Shown here piece by piece: positions 28,256 to 37,574 of a DNA stretch of 64,000 nucleotides (the stretch's first letter is position 1; each line of letters opens with the position of its first letter). Both the position numbers and the translations under genes were made by a program. The notes under the pieces were generated by a model that saw only the letters and a program-made list of their open reading frames with translations, was not told the origin of the DNA and did not search any database. The DNA is taken from NCBI GenBank assembly GCA_027036135.1, contig JALVSY010000030.1:96001-160000 (forward strand), given 5' to 3'. This stretch comes from Pyrodictiaceae archaeon (lineage in GTDB: Archaea; Thermoproteota; Thermoprotei_A; Sulfolobales; Pyrodictiaceae).

Positions 28256-29482
28256 ATGCATGCAAGTAGCAAGCATGATTTACTGAAACACGGGTTACCA
28301 TCTCCTAGCGAGAGGACGTTTAGTTGTACCTTCTCTCCCGCTGAAGCCCGGGAGCCGAGCCACAGACTCGTGAATGCAGAGCTTCCCCCCTCGCCACTTG
28401 ACCCATTAGAGGCCATGTTTAGCAATATAGCATTTAGAGATTATACTGGGAGATCCCGAATAGTCCTGGCTGAGAAACCTGTAGAGAAAAATCTTAGCTA
28501 CATCGAGTTCCTTGCAAGGATCCTTTACGAGCTAATGCGTACTTATTGGCGCGCACCAATGCCTTTCCAGACCATGTTTGTCTCTCAGCGACTCACCGAG
28601 TACCAGCTAGCTAACATGCGGCCAGGCATGGGTATCTACATAGTTGATCTTGATGCTCTCCGCGAGAAAACAAGCGATGAAGCAACGTTCGCTAGGTTTA
28701 CTAGAACCATTAGCGACCGTTTGCACGAGGCATTTAGCCAGTGGATAGGCTACCTAGTGCTCTACGGCAGAGATGATAGTCTCTCGCTCATAAGGAAGCT
28801 ATGGGAGCCCAGGGTAATTGCCAGGAGGGTCGTGTACGCGAGCCTTCCACCCTACGTAGAAATCCGGCTAGGGGTCCACAGAGAACAGCTACTTAGGCTA
28901 ATATCTCTCTTTTACGGAGAAGTACCTGGGCTAGAAGAGGCGGACACCGTTAGCCAGGCCGTAGCAAGAGCAGAAGATGCATACTTTACTAGCCTAGAAC
29001 TCGTAGCCAATGATCCCTTTATTTCTCTCTATAATAGACCTGCCGTGGACGAGGAAGAAACAAGACAAGATACCGCATTTATTCATTTTGCTCTCAAATC
29101 TGCCGCTATCAAGTACCTAATGGATATTGGTATTGATCCCTCAGCGCTAAGCGTTGAAAGCATTGTCGCCAACATACCCATTGATATAAGGGTTGAGAGG
29201 GGATGGGGTAGCAGCATAACAGTTGAGATTGAGACCATGTATGGAGTAGGTAACCCCGTGTCGAGACTCAGCGCGGTGATAAGAGAGCGGGTTTCACTTG
29301 GCTACAATGTCTGGATAGTATTACCGCCTACTCAGGCACTGATATTTGCTCCCTACATTAGAGGACTTATGCGACACTTCGCGGAGAGAGTAGAGTTCTA
29401 CACGTTCGATACAGTTAAGGGGTCTTTGAGAAGCCTCACGGAATACTATGAAAGAATCGACAAAGCCCTAGGAGAGCTATAG
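28256..29482 (+). CDS. Hypothetical protein with C-terminal PD-(D/E)XK-like domain
   Basis: H..LK...VE......IDI.........VEIETMYG pattern. Confidence 0.6.
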   Translation: MHASSKHDLLKHGLPSPSERTFSCTFSPAEAREPSHRLVNAELPPSPLDPLEAMFSNIAFRDYTGRSRIVLAEKPVEKNLSYIEFLARILYELMRTYWRAPMPFQTMFVSQRLTEYQLANMRPGMGIYIVDLDALREKTSDEATFARFTRTISDRLHEAFSQWIGYLVLYGRDDSLSLIRKLWEPRVIARRVVYASLPPYVEIRLGVHREQLLRLISLFYGEVPGLEEADTVSQAVARAEDAYFTSLELVANDPFISLYNRPAVDEEETRQDTAFIHFALKSAAIKYLMDIGIDPSALSVESIVANIPIDIRVERGWGSSITVEIETMYGVGNPVSRLSAVIRERVSLGYNVWIVLPPTQALIFAPYIRGLMRHFAERVEFYTFDTVKGSLRSLTEYYERIDKALGEL

Positions 29483-29498
29483 GGAAATAATAGTTGCC

Positions 29499-30359
29499 TT
29501 ATCTCGACCATATAGCTGTAGGAGGCTTAACATTCATTTTCTCATAGAGCGCCGATATTACTGCTAAGGCAATGATTACCACGAGGTAGGGTGTTACATC
29601 TGCTATGGAACTAGGTATCCCAACGGTCTCTAAGAGAGGCCTCATCGCATAAAGAAGCCCTACTAGGTAAGATGCAGCAACAACACCTACCGGGTGCCAG
29701 TACCCGAGAATAACAATGCCTAAGCTCATCCACCCCCACCCTAACAACGACATGGATACCCACCGTGAGCCTAGAGGCCCGGTAAAGAATAGGTATGAAC
29801 CAGCAAGACCAACAAGTGCTCCATTGATAATTAATGCCGCTATCCTCGTGAGCGTGACAGGCACTCCAAGCGCTCGAGCTGTTGCCACGTTTTCGCCAAG
29901 GCTTCGGACCACATAACCCAGCCATGAACGAAAGAGCATAAAATATAGGACAATGGGCAAGACTAGAAGAGCAAGAACAACAATCAAGTCATTGGCTAAT
30001 ATTCCTATGCTTGGAGTTACTGCCCCACCAGTTGCTCTGCCCACTACATCTCCTAACCCAATACCAAGGAATACTATAGAGAGCCCGGTAACAGCTTGAT
30101 CAGCGCCAAGAGTTATTACGAAGAATCCGTATAGAAGAGCAAGGACAATTGAGGAAACAATGCCAGCTAATAGGCCGTAAACGGGAGAGCCTGTGTAAAG
30201 CGATATTATTGCTGTAACGCCGGCGCTAAGGTATATCATTCCCTCTAGGCCAAGGTTGAAGAGACCAGCTCTTTCTAGGAATAGTTCACCCTGCGCTGCG
30301 AGCGCGTATACCGTTGCATAAGGAAGTGCTTGGCTCAGTAAAGCTGCAACGTTAACCAT
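29499..30359 (-). CDS. Nucleoside/sugar ABC transporter permease
   Basis: ERAGLFNLGLEG, RSLGEN...ARALG, PYL motifs. Confidence 0.92.
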   Translation of the reverse strand: MVNVAALLSQALPYATVYALAAQGELFLERAGLFNLGLEGMIYLSAGVTAIISLYTGSPVYGLLAGIVSSIVLALLYGFFVITLGADQAVTGLSIVFLGIGLGDVVGRATGGAVTPSIGILANDLIVVLALLVLPIVLYFMLFRSWLGYVVRSLGENVATARALGVPVTLTRIAALIINGALVGLAGSYLFFTGPLGSRWVSMSLLGWGWMSLGIVILGYWHPVGVVAASYLVGLLYAMRPLLETVGIPSSIADVTPYLVVIIALAVISALYEKMNVKPPTAIWSR

Positions 30360-31366
30360 TACCTCTCACCGCGCCTCATAGAGAGCGTTGTGAACGCGAG
30401 CACGGAGAGCACGATTATGGCTTCAAGCGCAAGGACAAAGCTATCACTGACTCCATATAGTTGAAGAGTAGAGCGCATGGAGTATAGTATAGCTATAAGA
30501 AGACTTGCTGCCAGCGCCCCTAGGGGCCTTAGGCCGCCAAGCCACGCTGCAAGTATACCCATGTATCCATACCCCCAGCCCCCCAGACCAACGCTTCTAA
30601 GCTGCCGCAGTAATTGGAGAAGAAGAGCACCGCCACCAATACCTGCCACAAAGCCTTGTATCAACGCTACTATTAGGATTGTCGACGCGATGCCTATGCC
30701 GTATGTCTGTGCTGCTTTACGTGCAAGCCTTACAGAGTCTATCGCGACACCATATTTAGTAAAAACTATGAAAAGTTCTAGAAGAAGACCCGCTATAACC
30801 ACGATAAGCACTGCAGCAGATAAGCCAATACTCATACTGGGTGGCAATGGCGCGGTACGCGTATAGCCTCCCTGCTGCCAAGGCCCTGCAACCAAGTAGT
30901 TAACAATACCTATAGCGATATAGTTTAGCATAAGGCTTGAGAGTATCTCGTTAACTCCTAGCCCTACGCGTAGACCACCGACAAGGCCGCCGTAGAGAGC
31001 CCCGACTAAGCCAGCAAAGAGGATAGCAGCCGTGACAGCGGCAACGCTACCATGCCCTATCACGTAGTAGAGCAACCAATAAGCAGCAACTGCTCCAAGC
31101 ATTACTTGGCCTTCAGCCCCTATTGTTATGAAACCTGCTCTATATGCAAGGGCAAGACCTGATGCAGATGCTGCGATAGGCACGAAGTACGGTAAGGCAG
31201 ATGTCCACGTATCCTTGCTCAACAGGCTTGAAAGGAATATTTTCGAGAATCCTAGGGCGCCTAAGCCCGTAAAAGACCCGAGTATCAGGGAGACTAGCAC
31301 TGAGAACAAGAGGCCCAATACCAGGCCTATTGCCCCATATATTACCCCACGTAGCCTAGTATTCAT
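30359..31366 (-). CDS. Nucleoside/sugar ABC transporter permease
   Basis: RAGFITIGAEGQ, NEILSSLMLN, GYGYMGI. Confidence 0.92.
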   Translation of the reverse strand: MNTRLRGVIYGAIGLVLGLLFSVLVSLILGSFTGLGALGFSKIFLSSLLSKDTWTSALPYFVPIAASASGLALAYRAGFITIGAEGQVMLGAVAAYWLLYYVIGHGSVAAVTAAILFAGLVGALYGGLVGGLRVGLGVNEILSSLMLNYIAIGIVNYLVAGPWQQGGYTRTAPLPPSMSIGLSAAVLIVVIAGLLLELFIVFTKYGVAIDSVRLARKAAQTYGIGIASTILIVALIQGFVAGIGGGALLLQLLRQLRSVGLGGWGYGYMGILAAWLGGLRPLGALAASLLIAILYSMRSTLQLYGVSDSFVLALEAIIVLSVLAFTTLSMRRGER

Positions 31367-31369
31367 GGC

Positions 31370-32911
31370 CTAAGACACCGTCATGGCCTCAGCTATCTTG
31401 TCTATATTAAACGGTCTATGAGCCTCATAGACTATGCGCCCCCTTGACATAACAACTATTCTATCCGATACCTCTACAAGCTCGTCCAAGTCCTCCGAGA
31501 TAAGTAAGATACCTGCACCACGAGCCGCCTCTTCTAGCAGTAGGTCTCTAATTCTCTCAGCAGCTTCCACGTCGAGACCACTTGTAGGATTCATTGCAAG
31601 AAGCAAGCACGGTAACTTATAGAGTTCTCGACCTACTATAAAACGCTGCATATTGCCACCACTCAGAGACTCGGCATTAGCATCGGGTCCCGGCGCCTTG
31701 ACCTCTAATGACCTAATAATATTCTCAGCCATTTTGCGCGCAGCACGCCAATCAACTATGGAGAAACGAATAGGCGCTTTAGGAGAAGAGTAAAGACCTA
31801 GAACCGTGTTGAATACAAGCGACTTACCGGGCACAAGCGCCCAGCCCAAACGATCCTCGGGAATAATACCTACTCCTAGGCGCCCCCTTGCACTACTATC
31901 CCTGAAAGTGACATCAGTACCACAGATACTTATCATGCCCCTGCTCGGCTTCCTAATACCGATGAGTGCCTCGAAGAACTCTCTCTGGCCATTTCCAGCT
32001 ATACCTGCAACACCTAGAACCTCTGCGCTGCGAAGCTCAAGGCTGGCACCGCGAACGGAGAACCCGCCATGAGGGCCACGAACCCATAGGTCATTAACTC
32101 TAAGCACTATGTCCTTACGTACTCCACGCGGCAATGAACGCCGACGCTTAACTATCTCTGTTAGCCTTTTTATACGCTCCTCGCCAAACATATAGCTAAG
32201 CAACTGATCAACATGCGCATCCTTTCTAGAAACTATGGCAACTAGCCTACCTCTCCTCATGACAGCTATACGCTCAGCGACTCTCAATGCCTCGCTTAGC
32301 CTATGTGTTATAAAAACAACTCCCCTACCTTCGTCAGCAAGCTGCCTTGTCAGCGATAATAACTTATCAACCTCTATTGGAGAAAGATGCGTGGTGGGCT
32401 CATCAAGCAACACTATGCTTGCATCAATTAATAAAGCTTTAAGAATTTCAACCTTTTGTCTTTCACCGAATGACAAGCTCCAAACGTAAGCACTAGGGTT
32501 AATAGATAATCCATACTTCTTCTCCAGGTCCTCCAACTGCTTTCTCACTAAGCGAATACCATGCCTCTTACCTGCTAGGCGAGAAACCAGCACAAGGTTC
32601 TCTAGAACAGTGAAATTGTCTATGAGCATAGGGTTTTGAGGTACTAGCGCTATTCCTTTCCTCATAGCGTCTCTTGGACTATTAAATATGACAGGCTCTC
32701 CTCTAACAAGGATCTGGCCTTCTGTGGGCTTTATTAAACCAGCAGCGATGCTTACAAGGGTGGTCTTTCCAGCACCGTTTTCGCCAAGAAGTGCTAGAAC
32801 CTCTCCTGGGTAAATATCGAGACTAACATCTTTATTAGCTACAACACCGCCCGGATATATTTTAGTAATATTCCTTAGCGATAAGAGGGGTCTCTTATCG
32901 CCGTTATTCAC
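31370..32911 (-). CDS. CUT2-type ABC ATPase (duplicated NBD)
   Basis: GENGAGKT, LLDEPT, LSGGNMQR, ISEDLDE. Confidence 0.95.
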   Translation of the reverse strand: MNNGDKRPLLSLRNITKIYPGGVVANKDVSLDIYPGEVLALLGENGAGKTTLVSIAAGLIKPTEGQILVRGEPVIFNSPRDAMRKGIALVPQNPMLIDNFTVLENLVLVSRLAGKRHGIRLVRKQLEDLEKKYGLSINPSAYVWSLSFGERQKVEILKALLIDASIVLLDEPTTHLSPIEVDKLLSLTRQLADEGRGVVFITHRLSEALRVAERIAVMRRGRLVAIVSRKDAHVDQLLSYMFGEERIKRLTEIVKRRRSLPRGVRKDIVLRVNDLWVRGPHGGFSVRGASLELRSAEVLGVAGIAGNGQREFFEALIGIRKPSRGMISICGTDVTFRDSSARGRLGVGIIPEDRLGWALVPGKSLVFNTVLGLYSSPKAPIRFSIVDWRAARKMAENIIRSLEVKAPGPDANAESLSGGNMQRFIVGRELYKLPCLLLAMNPTSGLDVEAAERIRDLLLEEAARGAGILLISEDLDELVEVSDRIVVMSRGRIVYEAHRPFNIDKIAEAMTVS

Positions 32912-33025
32912 TAGTTGTTCCCTCTTATCTAGCCCCGATTAACCGTCACCAATGCACTATTGATTCCCTTGATGCAATTAGGAATCTAGTATCTTAGAGA
33001 AGAAAGACCAAGGAACCGATACGCA

Positions 33026-33267
33026 TTATTGCTTCTTATACCCTATCTCGCCGAGGAACTTCCTCAATGCCTCAACATTCCATTCCCACTTAGTTTTTCT
33101 TCTCTTATCTATGCGTATCCCTAGTCGACGAGCCTCCTCGATGCTGAGTCCTGCCTCCTTTATTTCCGGGATACTGAGCCCTCTCCCTATGCGTAGCCTG
33201 GGTCGGTGCCGCCATAGCGGAGGAGGCGTGGTTTCTTTACTATTGGCTTTGGTGCTTCTCCGCTCAT
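33026..33267 (-). CDS. rpl13e: 50S ribosomal protein L13e, 1-nt deletion at ~33197
   Basis: ATG 33267 gives MSGEAPKPIVKKPRLLRYGGTDPG(YA*). The -1 frame gives LRIGRGLSIPEIKEAGL...IRIDKRRKT...NVEAL. Confidence 0.9.
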
Positions 33268-33394
33268 AATAGGGCACCCGTGCAGAGCACACTCTGGTTC
33301 GAGTGGTTTAAGACCTTTCGTTACATTTCACGAAGCTACTCAGTTCTTATCGCTAGATAGAAAATAGGCATAATACTTGGTAAAACAAAATGAC

Positions 33395-33883
33395 CTAGGT
33401 CTTTTCCCTAGTCCTGTTCTGTGAAAGTAGAGGAGATGCTGAGTCCTCTTTGCGGACACGTAGGACTAGGCTAGTGACTGTCCTCTTTATATATGGTACT
33501 TTGTTCACTCTTTTCACGAACTCATCAAGCTCTTTTACGTCGCGGAATCTGGCAACAACCGCTACATCATAGTCGCCAGTTATATCGTATACGGCTATGA
33601 CATTAGGCTCCGAGGCGAGTAGCTCCTCTGCATCAGTTATTCTCTCTCCATCGACTTGCAGCAACATGAGTGCTGTAATGCTATAACCTAGTGCATCGTA
33701 ATCAAGTATTATGGTGAAGCGCTTAATAGCTCCCATTCCTATGAGTTTTTGCAGCCTCATATGCACGGTTGAGACTGCGAGACCTAGCTCTCGGGATATT
33801 TCACGAATGCTCATTCTCGCATTAGATGCAAGTAGCTGCATAATCTTTACATCAATATCGTCAAGTCCCTTGGCACGGCCCAT
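33395..33883 (-). CDS. Lrp/AsnC-family transcriptional regulator
   Basis: LDDIDVKI...NARMS..EIS..LG, YDITGDYD. Start ATG 33883. Confidence 0.93.
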   Translation of the reverse strand: MGRAKGLDDIDVKIMQLLASNARMSIREISRELGLAVSTVHMRLQKLIGMGAIKRFTIILDYDALGYSITALMLLQVDGERITDAEELLASEPNVIAVYDITGDYDVAVVARFRDVKELDEFVKRVNKVPYIKRTVTSLVLRVRKEDSASPLLSQNRTREKT

Positions 33884-34094
33884 GTCGCTGACTCCGAATA
33901 GTTGAGACTCAGCAACGACGTGCTTAAAATGTCTCTGCAAATTAGCCTCAACGACTAATACGTGTAGCAACTGCATCATCGTACGCAGAGGGATTAGAAA
34001 TAAAAAGGCACGACACAACCTTCCTAGTAGCTGATGTAGCTGATTGGATAAACACGGGTCTACGTGTGCTTGCCTAGAGGTGAACAAATAGACC

Positions 34095-34385
34095 TTGAGT
34101 AGACTACGTCGACTTGTCCTTGATGTATTAAAGCCCTTAAAGGAGCCCTCAATAGTTGATGTCGCTCTTGAGCTTAGCAAGCTCCCTGGCATAGACTCTG
34201 TCAATATAACCGTTAACGAGGTTGATGTTGAAACTCTAAGCCTCACCGTGGTAATAGAGGGCGAAAGCATAGACTTCGATTCTGTAAAAAGAGTACTGGA
34301 AGAAGTAGGAGCAGCTATTCACAGCATAGACCAGGTCGTTGCAGGGAAGAAAATAGTTGAAGTACCTCCACGCCCATCAGAGTAG
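34095..34385 (+). CDS. DUF211 family protein
   Basis: RRLVLDVLKP and GAAIHSIDQV motifs. Confidence 0.9.
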   Translation: MSRLRRLVLDVLKPLKEPSIVDVALELSKLPGIDSVNITVNEVDVETLSLTVVIEGESIDFDSVKRVLEEVGAAIHSIDQVVAGKKIVEVPPRPSE

Positions 34386-34399
34386 AGCGGCGAGAAGCG

Positions 34400-34735
34400 A
34401 TGACTAATCAATATATCTCGATAGATGACTTTGCCAAAATCGATCTAAGAGTAGGGAAGATAATTGAGGCTGAGCACATCCCTGGAACAAAACTACTAAA
34501 ACTGATAGTTGATCTCGGCAACGAGAGAAGACAGATTATATCCGGTATAGCTGACTACTATAGACCAGAGGACATCATTGGTAAAAAAGTTGTTGTAGTT
34601 GCTAATTTGAAGCCGAAAAAGATTAGAGGATATCTAAGCGAGGGAATGATCCTAGCAGCTGGCTGCGAAAAAGGCCAACGCCCCGTCATCGTAACTGTCG
34701 GTGACGAAGCAGAGCCTGGGTGGAGAGTCTGCTAG
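34400..34735 (+). CDS. tRNA-binding OB-fold protein (MetRS C-terminal/Trbp111-like)
   Basis: DFAKIDLRVG, RQIISGI, ANLKPKK, SEGMILA. Confidence 0.92.
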   Translation: MTNQYISIDDFAKIDLRVGKIIEAEHIPGTKLLKLIVDLGNERRQIISGIADYYRPEDIIGKKVVVVANLKPKKIRGYLSEGMILAAGCEKGQRPVIVTVGDEAEPGWRVC

Positions 34736-34929
34736 TGTCTATTCATCCTATAGAAGGGTGCAAGGGCCCGCACTAATAGCTCCTTAATACTGACTAAGGA
34801 CTACATAAGGATTCTCGGGTTTTATTGACTAGTGCCTTGATACTAAGTTTTCGTAATAACTTTATGGTCTCCTTTTAGACTTTATAGATATAGAACTTAT
34901 TACCTGGTTTTCATTGTTATGATAACCTG

Positions 34930-35439
34930 GTGAGAGAAGTGCAGTATCCATTTCTTCTCAGTACATGGGTAAAAGCAGAGCCAATGAAGGGAAAGAAGCT
35001 GGCAATAGTGGCTGCATGTCTACCCTTTGTTAATAAGGAACTATTCGAGAAAATAGCGAGAGATGATGAACGCGTAATATTGTTAGCCTGCCCCGAGAAA
35101 GAACCAGCACTGCACTATGGTAAGATAGCTAGCATGATTAGAAGCGTTAAGCCTTCATTGGTTGAGGTCTATAGTATTGATGGAAGCCCGCATTGCTTTA
35201 CTCTACATGCCTCTGTGAACGAGGCAGAGTACATCCTGGGCGAGAAGGTTCCTCGAAGACACTACGTAGTAGTAGATGGTAAGGAGCTAAGAGAGATAAG
35301 CCCTGATGCAGTGAGAGTTGCAAGGTACTTGCATATAGTAGACGAGGTTATTAGGGAGAAGCCAGAGCTGCTTAAGCATCTCGAGAAACATAGCCTGGAG
35401 TATAAGCAGGCTAAGAGACTCTCGTCAGAGAAGCGCTAA
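34930..35439 (+). CDS. Conserved Cys-containing (putative Fe-S) protein
   Basis: AACL, LACPE, DGSPHC motifs. Confidence 0.7.
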   Translation: MREVQYPFLLSTWVKAEPMKGKKLAIVAACLPFVNKELFEKIARDDERVILLACPEKEPALHYGKIASMIRSVKPSLVEVYSIDGSPHCFTLHASVNEAEYILGEKVPRRHYVVVDGKELREISPDAVRVARYLHIVDEVIREKPELLKHLEKHSLEYKQAKRLSSEKR

Positions 35440-35486
35440 CCTCATTAACATTTCTCCATATCTATTCTCTCCTCCTGGGACTGTTT

Positions 35487-36608
35487 TTGGGGACAATCTG
35501 TCTCCTAGGATTTGGCCGCATAGGCGAGATGACTGCGCAATTTCTGCGAGAAAGCGGGCTAGCACCAATAGTATTTGATGCATCGGGTGAACGGGTTAGG
35601 AGAGCTGAGCGCCTAGGCTTTGAAGCCCACCTCGCAGATGTAAGCGAATCCTCTGCGGCCGAGAGGGTTGCCGCCGAGTGTGATATAGTAGCAACAGCGC
35701 TACCAAGTAATGTCGCCGAGAAGGTGCTCTTGAACCTAATTAGTGCAAGCATACCAGTAATAGTTGACGTATCCTATCTGCGCGATCCACTGCTCTTCAA
35801 AGAAAAAGTCGTAGAGGCGAGGGTCAAGCTTTTTGTCGATACAGGGCTTGCACCCGGCTTATCAAATATGTTAGCTGCGAGAGCATGCGAGCAAATGGAT
35901 AAGTGCAATAGCGCTGAAATCTATGTTGGCGGTATAGAGGAGAAACAGACAACTCCTCTAGGCCTTGTAGCTTCTTGGTCTATAAGCGATCTCTTCGAAG
36001 AATATACGAGAAAAGCTAGGGCAAGGCTCCTTGGCCAAAACGTTCTCCTAGACCCAATAAATGATATGAAGAGACTAACTCTTCCAGGGCTTGGAGAGTT
36101 TGAGGCACTGCCAACGGATGGACTCAGAACACTTCTATTAACGCTACGAGACGTTGACAACCTTGTTGAGTATACGCTGCGCTACATAGGGCATGTAGCA
36201 GTTATAAAAATGCTTAGAGAAATGGGGCTCCTCGATACTCGTAGCTATGTTGTTGGGGGCTGCGCTGTATCTCCCCGAGACTTCTTCGTAAAGATGTTGG
36301 AGGAGCGACTACCGAAGAGAAATGACCGCGTTATACTCTATGTTAGGACCCAAGGCACTAAATCCGACAAGTACGTAACCATCGAGTATATTCTCGACGA
36401 GAATCAGAAGCAACTAGGCATAGAGAAACCAGTCCTAGCCTACTTGACTGGGCTCGTACATGCATGGTTCGTCATACAAGCCTCAAGAGGAGCAGGTCAT
36501 ATAGGCCTAAATGCTCCCGAGGAGCTTGCCGAAAATCTCAATGATCTCCTTAGATTCCTTGAGGCGCGGAACGTGCTTCTACAGAGAAGACAATGTGTTA
36601 TACAATAG
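35487..36608 (+). CDS. Saccharopine/lysine dehydrogenase-family protein
   Basis: GFGRIG, GLAPGLSN, EEYTR, TDGLRTL, TLRY.GH. Confidence 0.9.
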   Translation: MGTICLLGFGRIGEMTAQFLRESGLAPIVFDASGERVRRAERLGFEAHLADVSESSAAERVAAECDIVATALPSNVAEKVLLNLISASIPVIVDVSYLRDPLLFKEKVVEARVKLFVDTGLAPGLSNMLAARACEQMDKCNSAEIYVGGIEEKQTTPLGLVASWSISDLFEEYTRKARARLLGQNVLLDPINDMKRLTLPGLGEFEALPTDGLRTLLLTLRDVDNLVEYTLRYIGHVAVIKMLREMGLLDTRSYVVGGCAVSPRDFFVKMLEERLPKRNDRVILYVRTQGTKSDKYVTIEYILDENQKQLGIEKPVLAYLTGLVHAWFVIQASRGAGHIGLNAPEELAENLNDLLRFLEARNVLLQRRQCVIQ

Positions 36609-36660
36609 GTTATTGAGTGAGGAAACATAAAGAGGGGGCAGCATAGAGCCTTTTGATACC

Positions 36661-36719
36661 GGGCTATGAGGACTGGTATTACCATTGAGTGGTGATAGAG
36701 CCCTTCCGCTACCGAGCCC
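36661..36719 (+). ncRNA. Box C/D sRNA (first of a tandem pair)
   Basis: GGGC/GCCC stem, C ATGAGGA, D' TTGA, C' GTGATAG, D CCGA. D' guide CTGGTATTACC is complementary to the 16S 530 loop GGUAAUACCAG. Confidence 0.88.
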
Positions 36720-36781
36720 TGGCTGTGAAGACGGATTATCGGGCAGATACAAGATGAAGAATATACCCTCTGGCTGAGCCA
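36720..36781 (+). ncRNA. Box C/D sRNA (second of a tandem pair)
   Basis: TGGC/GCCA stem, C GTGAAGA, D' CAGA, C' ATGAAGA, D CTGA, guides of 12-13 nt. Confidence 0.85.
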
Positions 36782-36797
36782 AGGGTGTAGCTGATAC

Positions 36798-37523
36798 ATG
36801 AAGAAGCCTCTAGTGATTCTCGAGAATGTTTTTAAGATATATGATACCGGTAAGGTTAGGACCTATGGTTTGAGGGGTTTAAGTCTAACCATATACGAGG
36901 GGGACTTTGTCGCGATAATGGGGCCTAGTGGCTCCGGTAAAACAACTCTCCTCAACATGATAGGGCTTCTTGATAAACCGAGTAGCGGGAGAATAGTACT
37001 TGCGGGAAAGGATGTCTCTAGGCTAGCTGATAAAGAGGCTGCACGGCTCAGAAATCGCTTAATCGGATTTGTTTTCCAGCAATTTAATCTAATAAATAGA
37101 TTAACTGTTTTCGAGAATATAGAACTACCTCTTATCCCGCGTGGTATTCCCCGAAAGAGGAGAAGAAAACTCGTAGTGAACGCTTTACTAAGTGTCGGTG
37201 GAGACTTATCGTGGCTTCCTAAGAAGCCTCTCGAGCTTAGTGGCGGACAACAACAACGCGTAGCAATTGCAAGAGCGATAGTGGGCTCACCGCGCCTCAT
37301 ACTAGCTGATGAGCCTACCGGAGCTCTTGACCGCAGAAGTGCTAGAGTCGTTGTAGAGACCTTTGTGAAGCTGAACAAGGTGGGTAATACAATAATAGTT
37401 GTAACACATGACCCAGAAATAGCTAACTGTACTAATACTATATACCAGATAAGAGATGGCATCATAATAGCGAGAGACGAGCCCGATCCAGAAAGGTGTA
37501 TACTTCAAACAGTTACGCCATAA
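36798..37523 (+). CDS. LolD/MacB-type ABC ATPase
   Basis: GPSGSGKT, GFVFQQFNL, LSGGQQQR, LADEPTG. Confidence 0.95.
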   Translation: MKKPLVILENVFKIYDTGKVRTYGLRGLSLTIYEGDFVAIMGPSGSGKTTLLNMIGLLDKPSSGRIVLAGKDVSRLADKEAARLRNRLIGFVFQQFNLINRLTVFENIELPLIPRGIPRKRRRKLVVNALLSVGGDLSWLPKKPLELSGGQQQRVAIARAIVGSPRLILADEPTGALDRRSARVVVETFVKLNKVGNTIIVVTHDPEIANCTNTIYQIRDGIIIARDEPDPERCILQTVTP

Positions 37524-37574
37524 TTGGCTCCTCAACAATAAAATAAGTAAGGAAGCTGTAACTATACCCTCCTC

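Noticed and set aside
33884-34270. Long N-terminal extension of the Lrp ORF
   Set aside because: It overlaps DUF211 in antisense; the Lrp domain begins at ATG 33883.
36863-37465. 200-aa antisense ORF and the many other 60-160 aa ORFs nested in or opposite called genes
   Set aside because: These are shadow frames of well-supported genes, with no Shine-Dalgarno or motifs.
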